From: Candidatus Latescibacterota bacterium
GTDB taxonomy: Bacteria > Latescibacterota > UBA2968 > UBA8231
NCBI GenBank assembly: GCA_965200315.1
Contig: OZ241362.1
Coordinates: 2,848,001-2,912,000, forward strand
Reading direction: 5' to 3'
Length of the DNA: 64,000 nucleotides
The notes under the pieces were generated by a model. That model searched no databases. It had not been told where the DNA came from and saw only the letters and a list, made by a program, of their open reading frames with translations. Shown here piece after piece: positions 37,718-46,403 of this stretch; position 1 is the stretch's first letter; each line of letters opens with the position of its first letter. A program made the position numbers and the translations under genes.

Positions 37718-38097
37718 CCTACCGGCGAACGTACCCAGCGCCGCGATAGATCGTGAAAGACCAAAAGGTAACGATCTTCCAATAGCATCATGGCCGTTAC
37801 CTGGCTTATACGCAATGCCCCCATATCCTCACGAGAACCGCAACCTATGTCACTATGGCTGTCTGGCAATGGGACGTAATTAGGCTGATGTCGATTATGG
37901 GAATAAATCACCTCCAATACTTCGCTATCAGGGTCAACACGATGCTCCTTAACCACAGGCTGAGGAACAAAAAGGCCAAATTGCCAGGCGACCTTTCCAC
38001 TCTCTGCTTCAAGCTCTTTCACTTTATCGTCGTTTGGTCCCAAGTAATACAAATGGTTCAATGCAGAATTATAGCTTACTTGTGCAAAAAGAGACAT
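37711..38097 (-). CDS. Hypothetical protein or fragment in AT-rich insert
   Basis: 128-aa ORF with no recognised motif. Confidence 0.3.
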   Translation of the reverse strand: MSLFAQVSYNSALNHLYYLGPNDDKVKELEAESGKVAWQFGLFVPQPVVKEHRVDPDSEVLEVIYSHNRHQPNYVPLPDSHSDIGCGSREDMGALRISQVTAMMLLEDRYLLVFHDLSRRWVRSPVGC

Positions 38098-38265
38098 TCG
38101 ACATGTTAGAAAACCTTGCTTTTTTGTAGAAAGAGGGATTGTATATTGTACAGTCCAGCTATCGTCAATGATTCTCTTCTGTAGCTGAAATATATTATTT
38201 AGAATTACAAGGCCCTGCAGGACCTATCTTTCAAGATCGAATTAAACGAATGGGGACACATCACC

Positions 38266-38664
38266 ATGACGCCGGCCTCAAATAAACGCGGCCATATCCA
38301 AGTCCTCATCGCCTTCACCCTGATGCAACAGAAAACAGCGGGGCGCGGCCTGACCGAGTGCTCAATCCAGACCAGCCAAGGCGTCAAAGTCGCCGATGTA
38401 GCTTGGGGTTCAGAGGCATTCTTCGCCCGCCACGAGATGGATACGCCCTATCTCCAAGCGCCGGAACTATGCGTCGAAATCCGCTCACCCTCCAATTCCA
38501 TCGGCGAGATGCTGGCTAAGAAGGATTTGTACTTGGCTCGAGGTGCCCAAGAATTCTGGCTTGTCGACGAAGAAGGTCGCCTGAGCTTTTACTCCTATGG
38601 AGGTGAACAAGAGCAATCGACCCTGTTCGCCGACTTTCCTCCAGCCCTAGCGGTTCCAGAGTAA
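38266..38664 (+). CDS. Uma2 family (PD-(D/E)XK) endonuclease, probably 5'-truncated
   Basis: GVKVADVAW, APELCVEIRSPSN, K..LY..GAQEFWLVD. Homologous-looking codons (LQDLSFKIELNEWGHI) continue upstream to about 38209 with no start codon. Confidence 0.75.
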   Translation: MTPASNKRGHIQVLIAFTLMQQKTAGRGLTECSIQTSQGVKVADVAWGSEAFFARHEMDTPYLQAPELCVEIRSPSNSIGEMLAKKDLYLARGAQEFWLVDEEGRLSFYSYGGEQEQSTLFADFPPALAVPE

Positions 38665-38698
38665 CGCGACTCTCTCCCTCTTTCTCGCAGGCCAACAG

Positions 38699-39943
38699 AT
38701 GCTCAACGTACTGCGTAGCCAATTTATCGAATGGGGCCTCGGCAGAGACCTCAGTGAAGACCTCGCCGCATTGGTCGCCTTGGCCGTGGTGGCCGTCGTC
38801 GCCTTGCTCGCCCACCGTCTGGCCAGAGGCCCACTACTCCGCGGCCTCGCCGCCATCATTCGCCGCACCGATATCCCTTGGGACGACTCCCTAATCGAGT
38901 GCCGGGGCCTGCACCGGCTGGCTCATCTAGTCCCCGGCTTCATCTTCTACTACCTAGCACCAATGGCCTTAGCAGGTCACCCCGTTTCCGTCAAAATCAT
39001 CCAGACCGCGGCGCATATTTATCTGGTGCTCTCCGGCTTACTAGCCGTTGAGGCGTTGATAAATGCGGGCGTCCGCATCTACAACGGCACGAGGGACTCG
39101 CACGAAGTCTCTATCAAGGGGCTGGTGCAGTTTTTCAAGATCATCCTCTTTTTGCTCGGCAGCATCCTCGTCGTCTCGCTCCTAATCGGCCAATCGCCGC
39201 TCTACTTACTCGGCGGCCTGACGGCGATGACCGCGGTCTTGCTTTTAGTCTTCCGCGACTCGATCCTCGGGTTGGTCGCCGGCATCCAGATCTCGGTAAA
39301 TCGCATGGTCGCCTATGGCGACTGGATTGAAATGCCCCAGTACGGAGCCGATGGCGACGTGATCGACATAACGCTGACGACGGTCAAGGTGCAAAATTGG
39401 GATAAGACCATCACGACCATTCCCACGTACGCGCTGATTGGCGAATCGTTCAAAAACTGGCGCGGGATGCAGGATTCGGGCGGGCGGCGGATCAAGCGGG
39501 CGATCTACCTCGACGTCAGCACCATCGCGTTTTGCGACGAGGAAATGCTCGCCCGTTTCGCCAAAATCCAGTACATCACCGCCCACATTGAGCGCAAGAA
39601 GCAAGAGCTAGCCGAATACAACAAGCTCAACCAAGTGGACCTTTCGCATCTGGTAAATGGGCGGCGCATGACCAATATCGGCACCTTCCGCGCATACATA
39701 CAGGCGTATCTAAAGAACCATCCGCAGATCAACCAAGAGATGACCTTCCTCGTGCGCCAGCTAGCGCCGACCTCCAAGGGGCTACCCCTCGAAATCTACG
39801 TCTTTTGCAAGGATATCGTCTGGGCCAACTACGAGGCGATTCAGGCCGACATTTTCGACCACATCTTCGCCATTGTGCCCGCCTTTGATCTGCGAGTTTT
39901 CCAAGAGCCGACCGGGACGGATTTTCAGGCACTTCATACCTAA
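38699..39943 (+). CDS. ybdG: Mechanosensitive channel MscS family (YbdG/MscM-like)
   Basis: LLLVFRDSILGLVAGIQ, GDWIEMPQYGADGDVIDI.LTTVKVQNWDKTITTIPTY, GGRRIKR, NGRRMTNIGTFRAY. Confidence 0.9.
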   Translation: MLNVLRSQFIEWGLGRDLSEDLAALVALAVVAVVALLAHRLARGPLLRGLAAIIRRTDIPWDDSLIECRGLHRLAHLVPGFIFYYLAPMALAGHPVSVKIIQTAAHIYLVLSGLLAVEALINAGVRIYNGTRDSHEVSIKGLVQFFKIILFLLGSILVVSLLIGQSPLYLLGGLTAMTAVLLLVFRDSILGLVAGIQISVNRMVAYGDWIEMPQYGADGDVIDITLTTVKVQNWDKTITTIPTYALIGESFKNWRGMQDSGGRRIKRAIYLDVSTIAFCDEEMLARFAKIQYITAHIERKKQELAEYNKLNQVDLSHLVNGRRMTNIGTFRAYIQAYLKNHPQINQEMTFLVRQLAPTSKGLPLEIYVFCKDIVWANYEAIQADIFDHIFAIVPAFDLRVFQEPTGTDFQALHT

Positions 39944-39982
39944 GAAGCCCGTGTGTAACGTCAAAAATTAAAAGATACCGCT

Positions 39983-40510
39983 ATGTCCACTGAAAACTTG
40001 CTCTACACCACCGTGTCCAGTCCCATCGGCGAGTTGCTCCTAGCCGGCGACTCCACGGGCCTGCGGCACATCCATTTCAAAAGCCGCGACTTTACCCCGC
40101 CTCCGGATTGGCAGGCTGTGGCTGCTCTACCCTACCCGGTCGTCGACCAGCTCGATTCCTATTTCGCCGGTCATCTACACAGCTTCGACCTACCGCTCCA
40201 TCCCCAAGGAACGGCGTTTCAGCGCAAAGTCTGGGCTGCGCTCGCGGAGATTCCCTACGGCGAGACGATCTCCTACTTGGAGCTAGCGCACCGCATCGGC
40301 AACCCGCGCTCGATCCGCGCCGTCGGTTTGGCCAACGGCAGGAATCCCCTGCCGATTGTCGTGCCTTGTCACCGCGTCGTTGGCAGCAACGGCTCACTAG
40401 TCGGCTACGCCGGAGGGCTGCCGATCAAAAGAGCGTTGCTCGCCCTCGAAGGCGCACTTGCGTCGCCAATGCTGGCGACGGGAAGCTCTCCTCAACTCGA
40501 TCTCTTCTAA
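39983..40510 (+). CDS. ogt: Methylated-DNA--protein-cysteine methyltransferase
   Basis: GTAFQRKVW, IPYGET.SY, RAVG.ANG.NP..IVVPCHRV active site, GYAGG. Confidence 0.95.
   Translation: MSTENLLYTTVSSPIGELLLAGDSTGLRHIHFKSRDFTPPPDWQAVAALPYPVVDQLDSYFAGHLHSFDLPLHPQGTAFQRKVWAALAEIPYGETISYLELAHRIGNPRSIRAVGLANGRNPLPIVVPCHRVVGSNGSLVGYAGGLPIKRALLALEGALASPMLATGSSPQLDLF
40461..40487 (-). repeat. 27-nt palindromic repeat, copy C (in frame inside the ogt 3' end)
   Basis: Reverse complement AGCTTCCCGTCGCCAGCATTGGCGACG; the hairpin is identical to copy B. Confidence 0.75.
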
Positions 40511-40523
40511 GGCTGGAGGTTTC

Positions 40524-41633
40524 ATGTCCACGTATCGCATTGCTATCATTGGCACGGGGCGCGTCGGCTATCAGTTCAGTTTCTCCGACCTGCCCGACAA
40601 CCACGCCGCCGCAGTCGCTCAACACCCTTCCTGCGAGTTGGTCGCCGGCGTCAACCGGGGACGCGAAAAGCTCGACGCCTTTGGCGAGCGCTTCGGCGTC
40701 GAGGCGCTCTACCACGACTATCGGCAAATGCTCGACGCGGTCCAGCCCGACATCTGCATCGTCGCCACCCACCCCGAGCTTCACGCCGAAATGGTCACTA
40801 GCTGCGCCCAAGCCGCCTCGACGCGAGCCATCATCTGCGAAAAGCCAATGGCCCTTTCGCTGGAGGAGTGCGACCAGATGATCGCGGCCTGCCAAGCCGA
40901 GGACGTGCTCTTGCAGATCAACCACAACCGCCGCTGGCATTCCGAGTGGGTTCTCGCCAAAACGCTCCTCGACGCAGGAGCTATCGGCGAGCTCAATCAC
41001 ATCTATTGCTATATGGACGGGGGCAAGCCGGCCCCCTCGTGGCGCAGCGAGAACGAAGGCCCCTTACTGCACGACTTTACCCACTATTTCGACCTGATGG
41101 ATCTCTACGCCGGCGAGGTGGAGTGGCTGTGCGGCATGGCTGAGCAGCGCATGCGCCCGTGGGCTGTCGAGGATTTTTCAGCCGCTATGCTCAAGTTCAA
41201 AGGGGGGGGCACCGGGCTGATCTGCGGTGCCGAGCTAACGCAGTACAACGACAACGCCTTTGAACTGCGCGGCTCGACCGGCCTGATTCGCATGGACCTC
41301 GAGCAGGTCCGCCTCTTTCAGTCCAAGGTCGCGCTGTCTGAGCCCGACAGCGGCTTTGAGTGGAGCAGCCTCGAAGAAGTCGAAGTTGAACGGCCGGCCC
41401 CGGTCTCTACGTACGTCGCAGCACTTTCTGAGTTGATCGACGCTTTGGAAGGACGCGGCACCTTGCGCAGCGATGGCGCGGTGGGCCGCCGCTCGTTGGA
41501 AATGGTTATGGCCATCTATCAGTCGCAGCTAGAGGGCAACGGCCCCGTTCACTTCCCCATCTCGCTCGCCGAATCCGGCGTCGCGGCACTGCGTCGGGCG
41601 GGGAATTTTGAGGAGCGACCACAGCGCAATTAG
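40524..41633 (+). CDS. Gfo/Idh/MocA family oxidoreductase
   Basis: IAIIGTGRVG, ICEKPMA, NHNRR, HDFTHYFD; GGAGG RBS. Confidence 0.9.
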   Translation: MSTYRIAIIGTGRVGYQFSFSDLPDNHAAAVAQHPSCELVAGVNRGREKLDAFGERFGVEALYHDYRQMLDAVQPDICIVATHPELHAEMVTSCAQAASTRAIICEKPMALSLEECDQMIAACQAEDVLLQINHNRRWHSEWVLAKTLLDAGAIGELNHIYCYMDGGKPAPSWRSENEGPLLHDFTHYFDLMDLYAGEVEWLCGMAEQRMRPWAVEDFSAAMLKFKGGGTGLICGAELTQYNDNAFELRGSTGLIRMDLEQVRLFQSKVALSEPDSGFEWSSLEEVEVERPAPVSTYVAALSELIDALEGRGTLRSDGAVGRRSLEMVMAIYQSQLEGNGPVHFPISLAESGVAALRRAGNFEERPQRN

Positions 41634-41641
41634 GAACGGAC

Positions 41642-42649
41642 ATGGCCAAAGACAAAACGCGACCCAAAGACAAAAGTCGCACCCGCAAAAAACTCCGTGT
41701 CGCCTTCATCGGCGCTGGTGGTCGCGCCCTGATGGTCCACTACCCTTCACTGCGCGACATTCCCGAGGCCCAACTAGTCGCCGTCGCCGAACTCGACGAA
41801 CAGCGCCTGCACAAAACCTGTGACCTCTACGACATCAAAGGCCGCTACAGCGCCTACCGCCAAATGCTCGAGTGCGAAAGACCCGACGCGGTTTACGCCA
41901 TCATGCCACCGCACCACCTTTTCGACATCTGCGCCACCGTTATTGAACACGGCTGCCATCTCATCATCGAAAAACCCGCCGCCGTTACCACTGAGCAAAT
42001 TCGCCAACTCGCCGCTTTAGCCCGCCGCCACAAAGTCCTGACCGGCGTCGCCTTTCAACGCCGTTTTGCCCCCGTCATTCGCCGCGGCAAAGCGCTGTGC
42101 GAAAAACGCGGTATTGTGCATACTGCCCACGCCAGCTTCTACAAAAACTGGGTCGGCGGCACTCCCTACTATCGCGGAGCTTTGGACATGCTTACCTGCG
42201 ACGGCATCCACGCCGTCGACACCCTGCGCTACCTGTGCGGCGGTGAAGTCGAATCCGTCGCCAGCGACTCGCGTCGCCTCCACGCCGACCACTGGAATGT
42301 CCACCTAGCCCTAGTCCGTTTCAGCAGCGGGGCCACCGGACTCTTGCTCAACAACTTCATGGCTGGCCGACGGATATTCAGCGTCGAGGTCCATTCTCCC
42401 GGCATCTCCTTCTTCGGCGATCCTGAAGAAGGCGGCCAGCTCTACGCCGACAACAAAACCGAGCCCATAGACGAATTGGACCCTACCATCTTGGCCGGCA
42501 GCGCAGAGGACTATCGAGCCTTCGGCCCCTACGATATCAACCGCCACTTCGTGGACTGCATGTTAAAGGGAAAAGACCCTGAGACGAATTTCGACGACGC
42601 GACCAAGACCATGGAATTGGTCGACGCAGTCTACAATTCGCAAATTTGA
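41642..42649 (+). CDS. Gfo/Idh/MocA family oxidoreductase
   Basis: VAFIGAGG, IEKP, FQRRF, DGIHAVD. Confidence 0.9.
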   Translation: MAKDKTRPKDKSRTRKKLRVAFIGAGGRALMVHYPSLRDIPEAQLVAVAELDEQRLHKTCDLYDIKGRYSAYRQMLECERPDAVYAIMPPHHLFDICATVIEHGCHLIIEKPAAVTTEQIRQLAALARRHKVLTGVAFQRRFAPVIRRGKALCEKRGIVHTAHASFYKNWVGGTPYYRGALDMLTCDGIHAVDTLRYLCGGEVESVASDSRRLHADHWNVHLALVRFSSGATGLLLNNFMAGRRIFSVEVHSPGISFFGDPEEGGQLYADNKTEPIDELDPTILAGSAEDYRAFGPYDINRHFVDCMLKGKDPETNFDDATKTMELVDAVYNSQI

Positions 42650-42691
42650 TCAGCACTGTCCGCGTTAATCAACGCTCTTAAAGGCAAGTCG

Positions 42692-43096
42692 TCACTCGGC
42701 GACGCATCGCCCATCCCTATACGCCAAAACCGGCTCGTTGGGCACTGAGCACTCCGAAATATACCCATAGCGCTCATTCATCTCAGCTTCAAAGGCGTTA
42801 TACGCTGTTAGCTGCTCGGCTGGTGCTGTAGAATCGGTGGACGAGGCGGAGTAAATTACAAACTCCCAAGGACCGCCGCAGGGCTTGGAGCCCAAGCCCG
42901 AGTAGCGACAGTCCTCAATTGACGATCCCACAGCATCGCCGACGAGCGCGTCGATTTCCCGCCGCATCTCCGCTAGCTGTGCCCGGTCGCCTTCCTCGGT
43001 TTGCTGGCCGTCAGTGGCATCTCCTGCGACAGGACCCGAGCCGCCACAAGCAAGGAGGGAAACGGCGATCAATGCTGCCGCAACCAAGTATCGCAT
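42692..43096 (-). CDS. Hypothetical lipoprotein
   Basis: MRYLVAAALIAVSLLAC lipobox; conserved-looking GSKPCGGP..Y..YS and S.C motifs. Confidence 0.75.
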   Translation of the reverse strand: MRYLVAAALIAVSLLACGGSGPVAGDATDGQQTEEGDRAQLAEMRREIDALVGDAVGSSIEDCRYSGLGSKPCGGPWEFVIYSASSTDSTAPAEQLTAYNAFEAEMNERYGYISECSVPNEPVLAYRDGRCVAE

Positions 43097-43129
43097 GGTC
43101 TTCCTCTCCGTTAAAACTGTGCAGGGCAC

Positions 43130-44095
43130 CTAACTTGCGGAACGGTTCCCCCACCGCGTCGCGATAACTGCATCCATGAAAATCTGCCCTAGGTGAAACA
43201 CAATACAAGGTATTGCTATCAATCCCTTCTGTTCGGGCGACACCACTGAATCCGGCAAAAATGCCAGCACGGTCATCGCCACCGGCAAGGTCTTCTGGCT
43301 CGCCATCAGCACGACGGCCTTGCGCCCCGCCGCTTCGAGCTGTAAAAGCGCGCAAGCACCGCCGTTGAGCAGCAGGTAGAGCGCGTGGATTGCCAATCCA
43401 GAAACCACCAGAATCAACAAGCTCGCAGGTTCTATCTGGGCTAGCCGCCCGGAAGACTCGCTGAATTTCATCCACGGAATCGAGATCAGCGCCGCGTTGC
43501 TGGCCAAAGTCAGCCGCGAGCGCTGGGCATCGATCCAATCGACGGCGAAGCGCCGCAGATACTTGCCGACGCCCAAGGGCAGCAAGATCGAAAGACAAAG
43601 TTTGGCGAACAGCTCGCTAGCCGAAAACTCGACTTGGCCTAGGGAACTCAGCAGATGCGCCAACACGAAGGGCACCGTGAAGATGCCGGCGATATTGGTC
43701 AGCACTGTCAAAAGCAGGGCGAGCGCTACGTTGCCTCGGGCCTGCGCCGTCAGTGCCACGCCCGAGGTCAGGGTCGTCGGCATGCAGCAGAACAGGGCCA
43801 GACCGAATTGGAAGGCGGGCTCCATCGGGAGTTGGAATGCAATCGCCGCACCGAGAAAAGGCGTGACGAAGAGAATCGAAACACATCCCCAAGACGTCGC
43901 CTTCCACGCGGCGAGGGCGGCGTGGACTTCGTCGGTCTTTAGCATCAGCCCCGAAAGAAAAAAAATAAAGCTGACGGCGATGTACTGAGTGGGCAACTCG
44001 GCCATGTACCTGCCCGGCGTCGGGAAGAAGGAGCCGACCACGGCCGCGATTACTAGACCGATGGGAAGGAATTGTCGCAGTAGGAAACCTAGCAT
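43130..44095 (-). CDS. Bile acid:sodium symporter family (SBF-like) transporter
   Basis: FLPIGL, IFFLSGL.L, MPTTLTSGVALT..A.GN, SQKTLPVA, H..Q..D. Confidence 0.85.
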   Translation of the reverse strand: MLGFLLRQFLPIGLVIAAVVGSFFPTPGRYMAELPTQYIAVSFIFFLSGLMLKTDEVHAALAAWKATSWGCVSILFVTPFLGAAIAFQLPMEPAFQFGLALFCCMPTTLTSGVALTAQARGNVALALLLTVLTNIAGIFTVPFVLAHLLSSLGQVEFSASELFAKLCLSILLPLGVGKYLRRFAVDWIDAQRSRLTLASNAALISIPWMKFSESSGRLAQIEPASLLILVVSGLAIHALYLLLNGGACALLQLEAAGRKAVVLMASQKTLPVAMTVLAFLPDSVVSPEQKGLIAIPCIVFHLGQIFMDAVIATRWGNRSAS

Positions 44096-44107
44096 GATTT
44101 TCGTTGT

Positions 44108-44137
44108 AAAAAAGGGCCGGACGATGTCGTCCGACCC
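44108..44137 (-). terminator. Intrinsic terminator 12 nt upstream of the symporter start (possible attenuator platform)
   Basis: Minus strand GGGTCGGACGA-CA-TCGTCCGGCCC-TTTTTT. Confidence 0.75.
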
Positions 44138-44221
44138 AATCCGAGCAGCTTGGCGATCTGGCCCTTACTCACTTGCTGCTAGCGCAACTGTGGGGAAGCC
44201 GTAGATGTCCTCGCAGAAGTT

Positions 44222-44707
44222 TCACGCTTCCACGTCGCTATTGCTATACTCTAGGGCACCTTCGCGGAACATCTGGAGAAATCCGTTGGCCGCCGGTTCT
44301 TCCGAAAACAACACGCGCAAAAAACGCACCAACCGCATCCGCGCTTCCGTGCTGATTAGGTGCTCAACCTTACAGGCGTCGATCATTGCGTCGTCCTCGT
44401 CCATGCCGAGGGCGTCTCTGAGGAACCGCTGCACGACCAAGCGCGTTTCCTCAACCTCCTGCACTACTTTCAAGCCCTGTTCGGTAAGTTCGAGAAAGCG
44501 GTTGAGGTCCTCTTGCACATAGCCGCGTTCCTTGAGGTGCTTCATGGCCGTCGAGACGCTGCCTTTGGTGATGCTCAGGTGCTTGGCAATATCCGAGACG
44601 CGGGCGTAGCCATGCACCTCGCGCAACTCGTGGATCGCCATCAGGTGATGCGCGGCACTGTGGCTTAGTTCGTTTTCTTCGTAGGCTCTCCAGACCTCCT
44701 CAAACAT
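44222..44707 (-). CDS. DtxR/MntR family metal-dependent transcriptional regulator
   Basis: HHLMAIHEL, ARVSDIA..L.ITKGSVS, LTEQG, FL...LG, A..DACKVEH.IS. The frame stays open past TGA to 44165. Confidence 0.9.
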   Translation of the reverse strand: MFEEVWRAYEENELSHSAAHHLMAIHELREVHGYARVSDIAKHLSITKGSVSTAMKHLKERGYVQEDLNRFLELTEQGLKVVQEVEETRLVVQRFLRDALGMDEDDAMIDACKVEHLISTEARMRLVRFLRVLFSEEPAANGFLQMFREGALEYSNSDVEA

Positions 44708-44755
44708 GCGTTCCGCCTTTCTGCCTCCGCTTAAGTCGCAGGGCCTCGTATTGAG

Positions 44756-45754
44756 TCATTGGCCGAGCTTTTGTAGCAAATCCACACAGCGATTGGAGTA
44801 GCCCCATTCGTTGTCGTACCATCCGAGGATCTTGACCATATTTCCTCCGAGAACATTCGTCGATAGCGCGTCGAAAACACACGAGTGCGGGTTGCCTACG
44901 ATGTCGGCCAAGACCAAAGGCTCCTCAGAGTACTCGAGGATGCCAGCCAGCGAGTTGGCAGCAGCAGCTTTGAACGCCGCGTTGATTTCTCCGGCATCCG
45001 CTTTGCTTTTGAGTTCAGCCGTAAGGTCGGTCAGCGAACCGTCGGGGGTTGGTACGCGGATGGCCAAGCCATCGAGCTTGCCGTCGAGCTCGGGTAGCAC
45101 CTTACCTACCGCGGCCGCGGCTCCCGTAGTTGTGGGCACCATCGATGCCGCGGCCGAGCGCGCCCGCCGCATGTCGCTGTGCGGAGCATCGAGCAGGCGT
45201 TGGTCGCCGGTGTACGAGTGGATCGTATTCATCATGCCTTTGACGACGCCGAATTTTTCGTGTAGGACTTTGACCATGGGGGCTAAACAGTTGGTCGTAC
45301 ACGAAGCATTGGAAATGATCGCATGATCGGCTTGGATGGCGTCGTCGTTGACGCCCATTACCACGGTAACGTCTTCGCCTTTGGCCGGAGCAGAAATGAC
45401 GACTTTGTTGGCCCCAGCGTCGATATGGGCACGAGCCTTGCTAGCCTCGGTGAAAAATCCCGTTGACTCCAGCACCACTTCGACCCCCAAATCGCCCCAA
45501 GAAAGGTTGGCCGGGGCGCGCTCGGCCAAGATGCGAATCGCTTGGCCATTGACGATCAAGTCGTCGCCAGCAACCTCTATCTCGCCGGCGAAGCGGCCAT
45601 GGGTGGAATCGTATTTGAGCAGATGGGCAAGTGTGTGGGCGTCGGTTAGATCGTTGATGGCTTTGATCTCGATGCCACCTTGCTCGACAGCCGCCCTGAA
45701 CACCAAGCGACCGATTCGACCAAAGCCATTAATAGCGACAGGTAATCCTCCCAT
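44756..45754 (-). CDS. gap: Glyceraldehyde-3-phosphate dehydrogenase, type I
   Basis: [41 protein letters not shown]. Confidence 0.97.
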   Translation of the reverse strand: MGGLPVAINGFGRIGRLVFRAAVEQGGIEIKAINDLTDAHTLAHLLKYDSTHGRFAGEIEVAGDDLIVNGQAIRILAERAPANLSWGDLGVEVVLESTGFFTEASKARAHIDAGANKVVISAPAKGEDVTVVMGVNDDAIQADHAIISNASCTTNCLAPMVKVLHEKFGVVKGMMNTIHSYTGDQRLLDAPHSDMRRARSAAASMVPTTTGAAAAVGKVLPELDGKLDGLAIRVPTPDGSLTDLTAELKSKADAGEINAAFKAAAANSLAGILEYSEEPLVLADIVGNPHSCVFDALSTNVLGGNMVKILGWYDNEWGYSNRCVDLLQKLGQ

Positions 45755-45850
45755 TTTCCGGTGTATTCCTTCCTGTAAATAGCAGTAGATATGGGGATCT
45801 GAGAAAAGTCAACCGCTCATCCTTGCGGGCGATACGACTATCCATTAGCA

Positions 45851-46228
45851 TCCGCCTGTAGCAATCCACAGAGTTTGCTACAGGCAGACACAACCTCTAT
45901 CTTTCTGTTTGCATTGCGATTCAGATGGGATCAGGCAACAAGCACGGGATCAGCAGGACATCCTGCCTCCGCTTTAGCGGGACATGCTTTTGTTCTTCGG
46001 TAAGACCTTCGTAGTACCCCATCAGCGGTCCGTCGCCAGCATTGGCGACGCAAAGAGAGTGCCAAAGCGGAAGAAGCTGGTCTGAAAGTCCCATACCGGA
46101 CGCTAAGCAATGCGATAATTAAGCAATAGATGTAGGGCAGTACATCTTCGGTGAAAGACCGTAAAAGCCCAAGTGAGTGGTTAAGAAGCCATTTGAAGCC
46201 CCAAGGCTTTAGGCTTGGGAGCTGTCAC
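45851..46228 (+). mobile_element. Non-coding IS200/IS605-like relic (PATE/MITE) with TnpB-type right end
   Basis: Right-end-like hairpin GAAGCCCCAAGGC-TTTA-GGCTTGGGAG followed by CTGTCAC; other hairpins GCCTGTAGCAA..TTGCTACAGGC and CCGC-TTTA-GCGG; no ORF. The left boundary is uncertain. Confidence 0.55.
46024..46050 (+). repeat. 27-nt palindromic repeat, copy B
   Basis: AGCGGTCCGTCGCCAGCATTGGCGACG; differs from copy A by 4 transitions, including a compensatory stem pair. Confidence 0.75.
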
Positions 46229-46403
46229 ATTACACAGTTGCGGAAAGCGTGCAAGGCGGGCAAATCGGACTTGATTCTCAATTTTTGTTTTGCAGAAACC
46301 TAATGAATAAACTCAACCTCAGCAAGAGCACTACCGCTGTTCAAAAGGCGCGCTGGCGAGCTAGGCTGAAGGACGGGACGGACGATCAAAGAACAGAGAA
46401 GCG

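Noticed and set aside
44183-44192. 10-nt match (CACAGTTGCG) between the putative TnpB guide at 46233 and the symporter leader
   Set aside because: A 10-mer match is expected by chance at this window size, and it does not include the start of the putative guide.
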